Assembly: GCA_905236465.1 (NCBI GenBank)
Contig: CAJOQA010000329.1
Location: 1-35,260, forward strand
Length of the DNA stretch: 35,260 bases
Source: an uncultured Treponema sp.
Lineage (GTDB): Bacteria; Spirochaetota; Spirochaetia; Treponematales; Treponemataceae
Direction: 5' to 3'
Shown here: positions 7,106 through 16,935 of the stretch, piece by piece
How the letters are laid out: each line of letters opens with the position of its first letter
How positions within the stretch are numbered: position 1 is the stretch's first letter
Notes under the pieces: model-generated
The model's input: only the letters and a program-made list of their open reading frames with translations
Databases searched by the model: none
Told to the model about the DNA's origin: nothing
Position numbers and translations under genes: made by a program

Positions 7106-8392
7106 ATGGGAAAAACTATTGCTCAGAAAATATTTGAGTCACATCTTGTTGACAAACCCTTTGACGGTACAAATATTCTTAAATTGGATAGGGTTTTCTG
7201 CCATGAGATTACTACTCCTATAGCAATTAATGATTTACTTGAACGTGGAAAAGACAGGGTTTTTGATCCAACGAAAATCAAGGCAGTTATTGATCATGTT
7301 ACTCCTGCAAAGGATTCTAAGTGTGCTATGCAGGAAAAAATTCTACGGGATTGGGCTTTTAGAAACGATATAAAAGATTTCTTTGATATAGGCGCTAACG
7401 GTGTGTGTCATGCGATTTTTCCTGAAAAAGGATTTGTTCGCCCGGGCTTCACTGTAATTATGGGAGATAGCCACACTTGTACACACGGTGCCTTTGGTGC
7501 CTTTGCGGCAGGGGTTGGAACAACAGATTTGGAAGTTGGAATCCTTAAGGGGGTTTGCTCATTTAAGGAGCCAAAAGCAATAAAATTTGTTCTTAATGGT
7601 ACATTAAAACCTGGTGTCTATGCAAAAGATGTTATCCTCTTTCTTATTGGGCAAATAGGTGTTAATGGGGCTACAAACTGTGTTGCAGAATTTACCGGTT
7701 CTGTTGTTGACAACTTTAGCATGGAAGAGCGCATGACAATATGCAATATGGCAGTTGAAGCAGGAGCTACAAGCGGCATTTGTTTCCCTGATATGACTAC
7801 AGTTGAATACTTGTGGCCTTTTATAGAGGATGAATTTGAAAGTAAAGAAGCAGCGCTTGCTGAATATAGTAAGTGGAAAGATGATGACGATGCCGTTTAT
7901 GAAAAAGTTTTAACTTTTGACTTGTCAAATCTTCAACCTGTATGTACAATTAATTATAAACCGGATCAAATAAAAAATGTAGCTGATATGAAGGGAACAA
8001 AGGTCGATCAGGTTTATATAGGCAGTTGCACGAATGGTCGTTTAAGTGATTTGCGTGTTGCGGCCCAAATCTTAAAGGGGCATCACTTGGCTAAAGGTGT
8101 AAGGGGTATAGTCTCCCCCGCTACTCCAAAGATTTACAAGGATGCTATGGATGAAGGGCTTCTTTCTATTTTTATGGATGCTGGCTTCTGTGTAACGAAT
8201 CCTACTTGTGGAGCTTGTCTTGGCATGAGCAATGGTGTTTTAGCAGAAGGAGAAGTTTGTGCTTCAACTACGAACAGAAATTTTAATGGTCGTATGGGTA
8301 AAGGTGGTATGGTTCATCTAATGAGCCCTGCAACTGCTGCTGCAACAGCAATAAGTGGAACAATTTGTAATTCAGAATTGTTCAAAGGATGA
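7106..8392 (+). CDS. leuC: 3-isopropylmalate dehydratase large subunit (type 2 LeuC/HacA-like, aconitase family)
   Basis: DHVTP, GVCH, GDSHTCTHGAFG, CNMAVEAGA, GSCTNGR, CGACLG (three 4Fe-4S Cys) and STTNRNF.GRMG. Confidence 0.9.
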   Translation: MGKTIAQKIFESHLVDKPFDGTNILKLDRVFCHEITTPIAINDLLERGKDRVFDPTKIKAVIDHVTPAKDSKCAMQEKILRDWAFRNDIKDFFDIGANGVCHAIFPEKGFVRPGFTVIMGDSHTCTHGAFGAFAAGVGTTDLEVGILKGVCSFKEPKAIKFVLNGTLKPGVYAKDVILFLIGQIGVNGATNCVAEFTGSVVDNFSMEERMTICNMAVEAGATSGICFPDMTTVEYLWPFIEDEFESKEAALAEYSKWKDDDDAVYEKVLTFDLSNLQPVCTINYKPDQIKNVADMKGTKVDQVYIGSCTNGRLSDLRVAAQILKGHHLAKGVRGIVSPATPKIYKDAMDEGLLSIFMDAGFCVTNPTCGACLGMSNGVLAEGEVCASTTNRNFNGRMGKGGMVHLMSPATAAATAISGTICNSELFKG

Positions 8393-8411
8393 TTAAAACT
8401 ATTACTCTGAT

Positions 8412-8431
8412 GGGGAATTGTAAAATTCCCT
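8412..8431 (+). other. Intergenic stem-loop with GNRA tetraloop between leuC and leuD
   Basis: GGGAATT-GTAA-AATTCCC is a perfect 7-bp stem with no U-tract. Confidence 0.55.
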
Positions 8432-8457
8432 TAAAATAAATAATTAAGAGGAAGATT

Positions 8458-8991
8458 ATGAAACAGTTTGGCGGCGATGTTCTTTTCCTAGATCGATCGG
8501 ACATTAACACTGACGAAATAATTCCTGCTAAGTATCTTACTGAAAACACAAAGCAGGCACTAAAACCCTATTTGCTTGAGGATTTAAAACTTGAAGGTTT
8601 TAATCCAAAGACAGATATAATAGGAAAAAGGGTAATTATTACCAAAGAAAACTTTGGTTGTGGTTCTAGCCGTGAACATGCACCATGGGCTTTGGAAGTA
8701 AACGGAATATACTGTGTTATAGCTGTAAACTTTGCCCGTATCTTCAGGCAAAATATGTATAACTGTGGTCTTTTGGCACTTGATATGTCTAAAAAAGACA
8801 TAGATGATATGTTTAGAACCTTTGCCGACAAGGATACTCAATGTAAAATTGAGCAAAAAGAAGATGGAACTTGGAAAGTAAAACTTATAGCAGGTTCACT
8901 AAGCAAAAGCTATCCATTTAAGTTGGAGGGTTTTGAAAAAGCCCTTATTGAAAACGAAGGCTGGATAGGTTACGCTGATAAGAAATATTAA
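8458..8991 (+). CDS. leuD: 3-isopropylmalate dehydratase small subunit
   Basis: DINTDEIIPAKYL, NFGCGSSREHAPWAL, FARIFRQN..N.GLL. Confidence 0.92.
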   Translation: MKQFGGDVLFLDRSDINTDEIIPAKYLTENTKQALKPYLLEDLKLEGFNPKTDIIGKRVIITKENFGCGSSREHAPWALEVNGIYCVIAVNFARIFRQNMYNCGLLALDMSKKDIDDMFRTFADKDTQCKIEQKEDGTWKVKLIAGSLSKSYPFKLEGFEKALIENEGWIGYADKKY

Positions 8992-9019
8992 TTATTTTTA
9001 TTTACTTCTCTCGTTTTTG

Positions 9020-9049
9020 CAAGGGGTTTTTGACCCCTTGTTTTTTTTT
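9020..9049 (+). terminator. Intrinsic terminator after leuD
   Basis: CAAGGGGT-ttttg-ACCCCTTG followed by T9. Confidence 0.85.
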
Positions 9050-9083
9050 ATAAAATTGTTTTATAATCGGGGCGAGGAAAATT

Positions 9084-12000
9084 ATGAGAAGTAAAACAAA
9101 ATTTATTGCACTTAGCAGAGCATTTGCTTTTTTTTTCTCTGTGCTTATTGTCTTTATCGGTTGCGGGGAAAAAGAATTAAATTATAATCATGAAAATGAT
9201 GCCTTAGTCGAAGCTATTTCCCCATTAAATATAGGAAGAATAGAACCAATAGTAGTCAGTTTTACTAATGATATTATTTGTAAACCGGAAGATGCCTTTA
9301 CCTTAAGCCCTGCAATAAGGGGGGCTTGGAAAATAGAAAATTCCCGCGTTGCAACTTTTATTCCAGAAAAAGCATATAAAGCTTCTTCTAATATTGTATT
9401 GAAGGTTGATTGTGAAAAGGCTTTTTCTGCTGAAGTTGCAAAAGGCTTTTATATGAGGCGTTTTTATGTTACAAACCCTTCGTATGTAGTTCAATTTGAT
9501 GAGATACGGCTTAATGAAGAAAATAAAAGCTATTCAATAAGCGGTTCAATTACAACTGATATAAATGAGCCTTTGGCAACTGTAAAAAAGATGCTAAAAG
9601 CTTCATGGAAAGGAAAGGTATTTGGTAAAAAAATAGCTATTGATTGGGACAAGGAATCTGATTCTGAAAGTAAAAAATTTGTAATTCGGGGGATTACATC
9701 TAAAGAAAAGGCCCAAAGCCTTCTTCTTGAATGGAATGGAAAGGCCTTGGGCCTTAATAAAAAGCAGGACAAAGCCTATTGTGGCGAAAAAGTATATACT
9801 ATCCCTGCCCTACCAGAATTTGCTGTTATAGATATAAATAGAAGTAAAAAAAATTCTATTCTTGTAAGTTTTTCTCGTTCCCTAGATACTAAGCAGGATT
9901 TAAATGACCTTGTTGTTCCTACAATGAAACAGGGAAAGGTAAAAAGGTTTGTTAATACAACTGTAAGAGGTAATGTGCTTACGATATATAATGATTCAAA
10001 TTTTTCTGGAATTGCAACACTTACTATTCTGGGAGGTGTAAAGAGTTCTGACGGTGTTAATTTGAAAAATAAATCAGTAATCGATTTAGATGAACACTGG
10101 GATTTGCCTGAAGTCAGATTTTTAAATGATGGAATCATAATTCCTACAAGCCAGGGTACTTGCCTTCCCGTTGAAACTAAAAATCTTTCTGGTCTTTTGG
10201 TCCAAGCATTTGAGATTTATGACCGCAATATGATCCAGTTTTTGCAGGTAAATGAACTGGATGAAACTAGACAATTATATAGGGTTGGGGAACCTGTATG
10301 GGAAAAGAACATTTCTTTTGAATGGGATAATTCTATGCAGAATAAGTTTATTTCTAGGGGACTAGATTTATCTGAACTTGCAAAAAAATACCCTAGAGGA
10401 ATGTTCCAGATAAGAATTTCATTTAGAAAAAAGAATGTAAAATATATTTGCTCAGAAAACCATGACGATTTTTCTTCCCTTAAGTTTCCCGAGGATACTA
10501 TCGGTGGATATGATGGAGAGGCAGAGCAAAGTTATTGGGATTATTGGGATAATCTTGATTGGGAAGTTCGTAATACTTTCTGGACATATAGAAACGACCC
10601 CTGTCACCCTGCTTTTTATTCTCAAAGATATAATAGTGGTAGCCTTATAGAACGCAATGTTATGGTTTCTGATTTAGGAATTATTGCAAAAAAAACACTT
10701 GCAGGAGACCTATATATTGCTGTTGCTGATATAAAAAATGCAAAGCCGATTCCCGCAGCAGAAGTTTCACTGTATTCATTTGTCGGCACAACTCTTTATT
10801 CTGCAAAAACAGATACAGATGGCTTTGTCCGCTTTTCAAATACTGATAGCGCACGGTTTATTACCGCCTCATTAAATGGACAGACTTCTTATTTAAAGCT
10901 TTCTGAAGGTTCAGGCCTTAGTGTCAGCCATTTTGAGACAGGTGGTATAGTTCCACAGGGAGGCATAAAGGGGTTTATTTATGGTGAACGAGGTGTTTGG
11001 AGACCTGGTGACAATCTTTATTTAACTTTTATTCTTGAAGATAAGGATAACAAGGTACCTTCTGATATTCCAGTAACGTTTGAACTTTCTGATCCTATGG
11101 GCAGAATTACCGATTCCCAGACTTTAACAGAAGGTCTTTCCGGTTTTTATGCTATAAAGACAAAGACAGAAGAAAAAGCTACTACTGGCTTATGGCAGGC
11201 AAAAATAAAAGTTGGCGGAAATGAATGGACAAAGAATATCCGTATAGAAACAGTTATCCCAAATCATTTATCCGTTGAACTGGAATCTGAAAATAAGATA
11301 TTGGAAAACAGTAGTAACACTTTTACCCTTTCAGGACAGTGGCTACATGGGGCTGAAACTCCTTATTATAAAGCTGATGTTTCTGTTTCCTTCTCTGAAA
11401 CACCTGTTAAATTTGATGGATACAGTGAATACTCATTTGTAAACCCAGAGCGGTCTGTAGAATCAAGAAGGGAAACTGTGTGGGAAGGAAAACTTGATTC
11501 TGCTTCAAAAGCAAATTTTACAGTTTCCATGGATGCAGGAAAAAATGTTCCTGGTCTTTTAAATGCAAACTTTACAAGCAGAATTTTTGAACCGTCTGGA
11601 ATTTTCTCTTCTGCAAGAAAGTCATTTAAGTATTCCCCCTATTCAAGATATGTTGGATTAAAACTCCCTAAGGGAGATGAAAGTCGCGGAATGCTTTTGA
11701 CAGATGTTGATCATACTGCAGACCTTGTTATGCTTTCACCTGATGGAAAGCCTATAGAAGATGGTTCTGTAAACTGGACCATTTACAAACTTGAATGGAA
11801 ATGGTGGTGGGAAAAAGATGCGCTTACAAGTGCTTCTTACGTAAGCGATTCCTCTTATTCAAAGATTGATAGTGGCACTGCTGATATAAAAAATGGCCGA
11901 GGTTCTTTTAACTTTAAGGTAAAATACCCTTCATGGGGTCGCTATATGGTTGTTGCTGATGATGCTAAAGGTGGCCATAGCGCTGCAAAAATTGTATATA

Positions 12001-14642
12001 TTGACTGGCCGGGGTGGGCTGGCAGGGCTCAGGAAAGTGGCGGTGGTTCAGCTGCTATGGTAACGCTTGCCCTTGATAAAAAACAATATACTGTTGGTCA
12101 GACAGCAACGATTACATTTGCCTCCGCAAAGGATTCTAACGCGCTCATTACGATTGAAAAAAGTGGAAAAATACTTAAGCAGTCATGGGTAAAAACAAAT
12201 GAAGGTACAACAAAATATATGTTGCCTATAACGGGTGAAATGGCTCCAAATGTGTATGTTCACGTCACTCTTTTACAAAAGCATTTGCAGACTGCAAACA
12301 GTCTTCCAGTAAGGCTTTATGGTGTTGCTCCGGTTTTTGTTGATAACCCTGAGTCAAATTTGAAACCTGTAATTGAAAGTCCGCAAAAATATGAGCCTGG
12401 AAAGGAAGCTGTAGTTTCTATAAGTGAAGCTAATGGAAAGGCTATGACCTATACCCTGGCTGTGGTTGATGATGGTCTTTTGGGGCTTACAAATTTCCAT
12501 GCTCCCAATCCCCATGATGAATTTTATAAAAAAGAAGCTTCTAGCCTTTTAAATTGGGATATTTATTCTTATATAATGAATGCTTATTCTGGTAAACTTG
12601 AAACTTTACTTTCAATAGGTGGATCAGAGGATTCTCAAAAAGGTGGAGATCAGAATGAAAATAGGTTTGAGCCTGTTGTAAAGTTTTTTGGCCCCTATAC
12701 ATTAAAACCTGGTGAAAAAGCTGCAATAAAATTCAAGATGCCACAGTATATAGGTTCTGTAAGGGCTATAGTAGTTGCAGGAAATAATGGGGCTTATGGT
12801 TGTGCAGAAAAGAGTGTTGTTGTAAAATCCGATTTAATGGTTCAGGCTTCTTTGCCAAGGACCCTTGGATTTTCTGAACAAATAGATATTCCTGTTACTG
12901 TATTCAATGGAATGAATCAAAATCAAAAGATTACAGTTTCTCTAAAAGCTGATGGTGCAAGTATAAATAAAAAAAGCCAGCTTGTAGAAGTTAAAGGCGG
13001 AGATAATGCTGTTGTGACATTTACTGCCTCTGATTTTACAAAAGACACCGTTACCTTCACTTCTGATGCAAATGCTTCTGGGGTTTCTGCCTCGGAAGAA
13101 ACGGCGGTTACGGTTCTTTCAAGAGGTATTCCCGTTACATACAAAAAGTCTTTTGTAGTAAAAGGAAATAGTAACTATGTTGAACAAATTCCTTCACCAA
13201 GTGAAATAGAAACAATGGCTCTTTCTCTTGAGCTTTCAAGCCTACCTCCTCTAGACCTTTCAACAAGACTTGAATATTTAATTTCTTATCCTCACGGGTG
13301 TATAGAACAGATTACCTCTGGTGGTTTTCCTCAGCTTTATCTATCTTCATTTATTAAGCTGGATGCAAGCAAAAGTGAAAAAATAAAGAAGCATGTTCAA
13401 TCTGTAATTGACCGGTATAACCAGTATCAGACAAGCAGTGGGGGCTTTGCCTATTGGACAGGAGGAACCGTTCCTTCTCCATGGGGATCTTGCTATGGCG
13501 CACACTTCTTGACTGAGGCTAAAAAATTAGGCTATACAGTTCCTTCAGTTCTTTATGATTCTTTACTTGATTGGATTGAAACTTCTGCTGTGGAATGGAC
13601 TGATGACTCTTATGAGGATTCCGAGGAAGTTCAAGCATATAAGCTTTTTGTTCTGGCCATTGCCGGTAGGGCTAACATAGGTTCAATGAATAGATTGGAA
13701 GAAAAAAAATCTAGGTTAAGCCAAAGTGCAAAACTTTTGCTTGCGGCAGCCTATGCTTCTAGCGGAAGAGAAAAAGTAGCAAGGGAGCTACTTTCTTCTT
13801 TTACCCCAACATCAGTATTCTTTAGGCTTACAGGTGGCTCTTTCTCTTCTAGCATAAGGGAGCAGGCCTTATACCTATTTACCTGCCGTCTTTGCGACAA
13901 GGAAAACGAAGCGGATAAAACTGCAAAGGCCCTTGCCGAGACTTTATCATCTGACAAGTGGTTAAGCACACAAGAAACAGCATGGTCTTTACTTTCACTT
14001 TTGCCTTACTATAAAGATAATGAAAAGAGCAAAAAAATAGACTACGTTGTTGAATCTGCTGGGAAAGAAAGGCAAGGGACTTTAGATACTCTTAGTAAAA
14101 TTGAAGAGCTTAGCCCTTCTAATCAAAGAGCACAAACTGTGCGCATAAGTAATAAAAGTTCTGCAAGTTTATATGGGCTCTTAACTTCTTCTGGAATGTC
14201 TGTTCCAGGAACAGAAGTTTCTAGAAACGATGGTTTGGAAGTCCATGTAAAATATAAAGATAGCAAGGGAAATACAATCAACCCTTCATCTTTGAAAAAA
14301 GGAGACTCTTTTGTTGTTGATGTAAGTGTTGAAAATACTTTTGGGAAGAAAATAGAAAATATTGCCCTAACCTTACCATTTGCAACTTGCTGGGAATTCA
14401 ATAATGACAGAATTGCTGATACAAGCCAGTCTTATTCCTCATCTTATTCCTATCAAGATATTAGGGATGAGGCTATTTATACTTACTTTGATTTAGCTGC
14501 TTCTGATACGCTTCACTTATCATTCCCCATGACAGTTGCCTATTCTGGTTCGTATTATATACCTGCAGTTCATGCAGAAGCTATGTATGACAACAGTTAT
14601 GGCTCAATAGTACCTGGAATTCATATTGAAAAGAAACAATAA
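9084..14642 (+). CDS. Bacterial alpha-2-macroglobulin, lipoprotein, thioester-containing (YfhM-like)
   Basis: 1852 aa; lipobox-like VFIGC; SDLGIIAK, YGERGVWRPGD, LAVVDDGLLGLT, YPHGCIEQ (CxEQ at 13299-13310), STQE and AEAMYD motifs; adjacent to pbpC. Confidence 0.95.
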   Translation: MRSKTKFIALSRAFAFFFSVLIVFIGCGEKELNYNHENDALVEAISPLNIGRIEPIVVSFTNDIICKPEDAFTLSPAIRGAWKIENSRVATFIPEKAYKASSNIVLKVDCEKAFSAEVAKGFYMRRFYVTNPSYVVQFDEIRLNEENKSYSISGSITTDINEPLATVKKMLKASWKGKVFGKKIAIDWDKESDSESKKFVIRGITSKEKAQSLLLEWNGKALGLNKKQDKAYCGEKVYTIPALPEFAVIDINRSKKNSILVSFSRSLDTKQDLNDLVVPTMKQGKVKRFVNTTVRGNVLTIYNDSNFSGIATLTILGGVKSSDGVNLKNKSVIDLDEHWDLPEVRFLNDGIIIPTSQGTCLPVETKNLSGLLVQAFEIYDRNMIQFLQVNELDETRQLYRVGEPVWEKNISFEWDNSMQNKFISRGLDLSELAKKYPRGMFQIRISFRKKNVKYICSENHDDFSSLKFPEDTIGGYDGEAEQSYWDYWDNLDWEVRNTFWTYRNDPCHPAFYSQRYNSGSLIERNVMVSDLGIIAKKTLAGDLYIAVADIKNAKPIPAAEVSLYSFVGTTLYSAKTDTDGFVRFSNTDSARFITASLNGQTSYLKLSEGSGLSVSHFETGGIVPQGGIKGFIYGERGVWRPGDNLYLTFILEDKDNKVPSDIPVTFELSDPMGRITDSQTLTEGLSGFYAIKTKTEEKATTGLWQAKIKVGGNEWTKNIRIETVIPNHLSVELESENKILENSSNTFTLSGQWLHGAETPYYKADVSVSFSETPVKFDGYSEYSFVNPERSVESRRETVWEGKLDSASKANFTVSMDAGKNVPGLLNANFTSRIFEPSGIFSSARKSFKYSPYSRYVGLKLPKGDESRGMLLTDVDHTADLVMLSPDGKPIEDGSVNWTIYKLEWKWWWEKDALTSASYVSDSSYSKIDSGTADIKNGRGSFNFKVKYPSWGRYMVVADDAKGGHSAAKIVYIDWPGWAGRAQESGGGSAAMVTLALDKKQYTVGQTATITFASAKDSNALITIEKSGKILKQSWVKTNEGTTKYMLPITGEMAPNVYVHVTLLQKHLQTANSLPVRLYGVAPVFVDNPESNLKPVIESPQKYEPGKEAVVSISEANGKAMTYTLAVVDDGLLGLTNFHAPNPHDEFYKKEASSLLNWDIYSYIMNAYSGKLETLLSIGGSEDSQKGGDQNENRFEPVVKFFGPYTLKPGEKAAIKFKMPQYIGSVRAIVVAGNNGAYGCAEKSVVVKSDLMVQASLPRTLGFSEQIDIPVTVFNGMNQNQKITVSLKADGASINKKSQLVEVKGGDNAVVTFTASDFTKDTVTFTSDANASGVSASEETAVTVLSRGIPVTYKKSFVVKGNSNYVEQIPSPSEIETMALSLELSSLPPLDLSTRLEYLISYPHGCIEQITSGGFPQLYLSSFIKLDASKSEKIKKHVQSVIDRYNQYQTSSGGFAYWTGGTVPSPWGSCYGAHFLTEAKKLGYTVPSVLYDSLLDWIETSAVEWTDDSYEDSEEVQAYKLFVLAIAGRANIGSMNRLEEKKSRLSQSAKLLLAAAYASSGREKVARELLSSFTPTSVFFRLTGGSFSSSIREQALYLFTCRLCDKENEADKTAKALAETLSSDKWLSTQETAWSLLSLLPYYKDNEKSKKIDYVVESAGKERQGTLDTLSKIEELSPSNQRAQTVRISNKSSASLYGLLTSSGMSVPGTEVSRNDGLEVHVKYKDSKGNTINPSSLKKGDSFVVDVSVENTFGKKIENIALTLPFATCWEFNNDRIADTSQSYSSSYSYQDIRDEAIYTYFDLAASDTLHLSFPMTVAYSGSYYIPAVHAEAMYDNSYGSIVPGIHIEKKQ

Positions 14643-16908
14643 GAAGTTTTTTGTGGTAACAAGTTGCTTTATGCTTCTTTTTACCGCAAGGGTCTATTTT
14701 TTAACAAATAACCTTTTCAATTTTTCTGGTCCCTATTCATGCGCCATCTACGATAAGAAAGGTACCTTACTTGGCGCACAGGTTGCAGCTGACGGTCAAT
14801 GGCGTTTTGAGCCAGATGCAGTCCCACTAAAATTTGAAAAGTGTATAATCGCTGCAGAAGATAAACGCTTTTATCTGCATTTTGGAATAGATATCTTTTC
14901 TGTGCTTAGGGCTCTTGTATCCAATGTAAAATCCAAGAGAATTGTTTCTGGTGCCTCTACAATTACGATGCAAACTGTGCGCTTATTAGAAGGGAACCCT
15001 AATAGAACCCTTAAACAGAAAATTCATGAAGCTGATCTTGCTTTTCTAATGGAATGTCGCTTTAGTAAAAAGACAATCCTTTCACTTTATTCTGCTAATG
15101 CACCGTTTGGGGGCAATGTTGTTGGTTTGGAAGCTGCTTCTTGGAGGTATTTTAAAAGACCGCCACGCTCTTTGACTTGGGCAGAATCGGCAACCCTTGC
15201 TGTTTTGCCTAACCAACCTGCCCTTGTATATCCTGGCGCAAATAAAGATATACTTTTGAAAAAGCGTAACAAATTATTGAATAGGCTTTATGAAAAAAAA
15301 ATAATTGATTTGAAAACACTAGACCTCGCCCTGCAGGAGGAATTACCAGAAAAACCTTTTTCCCTACCTTCTTCATGTCCCCATTATCTCCAAAAACTAA
15401 AAGCTGATAATCCTTTAAAATCTAAATTTTACACGGGTATTGATTCAACACTACAAGATAATGCAGAAAGAATTATTCAAAAGTGGAATAAAACATTTTT
15501 TGAAAAAAATATTTGTAATTCTGCAGCCTTGATTATGGAAACTGCTACAGGAAAAATACTTGCTTACTGCGGGAATCTAGGTATACAGGCAAAAGATGTT
15601 GATATGGTTTATGCCAAAAGAAGTTCCGGCAGCCTTTTAAAACCCTTTTTATATGCTGCAATGCTCGATAATGGAATGCTTTTACCAGATCAGCTTGTTA
15701 TAGATATTCCAACAAGAATAGGAAGTTATAAGCCTGATAATAATATTCCTGTTTACAGGGGGGCTGTAAAGGCAGGAGAGGCTTTGTCCCGTTCATTAAA
15801 TATCCCTGCAATAATGGAATTAAAGAAGTATGGTATAACTGCCTTTTTGGATTATTTAAAACTGTGTGGTTTTACGACGTTTACTAGAAGCGCAGATGAT
15901 TATGGTCTCCCCCTTATACTTGGCGGAGGGGAAATTACAATGTATGAAGCTACTAAAGCTTATGCTGATATGATGAATAAAGCTTGTAACCGCCAAGTAC
16001 TGCACAAGCACTTTCCTATTTCTACAGGAGCTGCCTATTTGACACTTCAGGCTCTCTCTGATGGAATTCGACCTGATGATGAAGCTATGTGGCAGATTTT
16101 TGCTAATTCTAAAAAGATAGCGTGGAAAACAGGAACTTCAAATGGTAATAGAGATGCTTGGGCTATAGGGACAACAAAAGATTATACAGTTGCTGTCTGG
16201 GTTGGTAATGCAAGTGGTCGTGGAAATAAGGAAATAAAAAGTAATACATGCACAGCTCCCCTTCTATTTGATTTATTTTCTTCCCTCCCTACTACTTATT
16301 GGCCTACGAGCCCTACTGATGATCTTGAAGAAATACAAGTTTGCAAACATTCTGGTTATCTTGCAGGTTTAGATTGCCAAGATAAAGTAAAAGGCTTTAA
16401 GCCTATAAATGCAACGTTGGGTTTTGTTTGCCCATACTGCAAAAAAATATCTGTTACTCCAGATGGAAAATATAGAGCATCTGTTTCTGATATGAAAAAT
16501 GAATACGAGGGGCTTTTTCCGCTACAAAAAAGTTATTTTGTTTTACCTCCTTCAGTAGAATATTTTTACACAAAGCAAACGTTAGGTTATAGATATTTAC
16601 CCCCGTATCTTCCATGGCACAAGGATACGCAAAGTTCTGATTTACAGATTATTTTTCCCGAAGATGGAGCCCTGATAATTATACCTATAGAAATAGACGG
16701 AAAATTAGGAGCTACCGTTTTTCAAGTCGCTGAACGAAATAAAGATGCAAGTGTTTATTGGGATATTGATGGAGAATACTTAGGGGCTACAAGAGAAAAA
16801 CATAAGATTTCAATTCGTCCGTTACAAGGAGATCATATTCTTACGGTAACCGATTCAAATGGTACTGTGTGCAAAAGAAGTTTTTCTATAGTTACAAAAA
16901 CGGACTAG
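14626..16908 (+). CDS. pbpC: Penicillin-binding protein 1C (transglycosylase-transpeptidase plus C-terminal domain)
   Basis: EDKRFY.H.G.D, GASTITMQ, APFGGNVVGLEAAS..YF; SxxK (SLLK), SxN (SLN), KTGTS. The TTG start overlaps the A2M end by 17 nt, so the exact start is uncertain. Confidence 0.93.
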   Translation: MKRNNKKFFVVTSCFMLLFTARVYFLTNNLFNFSGPYSCAIYDKKGTLLGAQVAADGQWRFEPDAVPLKFEKCIIAAEDKRFYLHFGIDIFSVLRALVSNVKSKRIVSGASTITMQTVRLLEGNPNRTLKQKIHEADLAFLMECRFSKKTILSLYSANAPFGGNVVGLEAASWRYFKRPPRSLTWAESATLAVLPNQPALVYPGANKDILLKKRNKLLNRLYEKKIIDLKTLDLALQEELPEKPFSLPSSCPHYLQKLKADNPLKSKFYTGIDSTLQDNAERIIQKWNKTFFEKNICNSAALIMETATGKILAYCGNLGIQAKDVDMVYAKRSSGSLLKPFLYAAMLDNGMLLPDQLVIDIPTRIGSYKPDNNIPVYRGAVKAGEALSRSLNIPAIMELKKYGITAFLDYLKLCGFTTFTRSADDYGLPLILGGGEITMYEATKAYADMMNKACNRQVLHKHFPISTGAAYLTLQALSDGIRPDDEAMWQIFANSKKIAWKTGTSNGNRDAWAIGTTKDYTVAVWVGNASGRGNKEIKSNTCTAPLLFDLFSSLPTTYWPTSPTDDLEEIQVCKHSGYLAGLDCQDKVKGFKPINATLGFVCPYCKKISVTPDGKYRASVSDMKNEYEGLFPLQKSYFVLPPSVEYFYTKQTLGYRYLPPYLPWHKDTQSSDLQIIFPEDGALIIIPIEIDGKLGATVFQVAERNKDASVYWDIDGEYLGATREKHKISIRPLQGDHILTVTDSNGTVCKRSFSIVTKTD

Positions 16909-16935
16909 TTGTAAAAAGCCCCTAAGTAAAAAGTA

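Noticed and set aside
9041-9136. T9 tracts in the A2M promoter region and signal-peptide codons as phase-variation switches
   Set aside because: A/T runs of 8-9 occur throughout this AT-rich window (rsmD, tRNA-Gly promoter), and the first is explained as the leuD terminator U-tract.
16342-16440. Four cysteines in the PBP1C C-terminal region (CKHSG...C...CPYC) as a novel zinc finger
   Set aside because: CxxSG...C motifs are common after class A PBP transpeptidase domains and in an exported domain are more simply disulfides; not supportable as novel.
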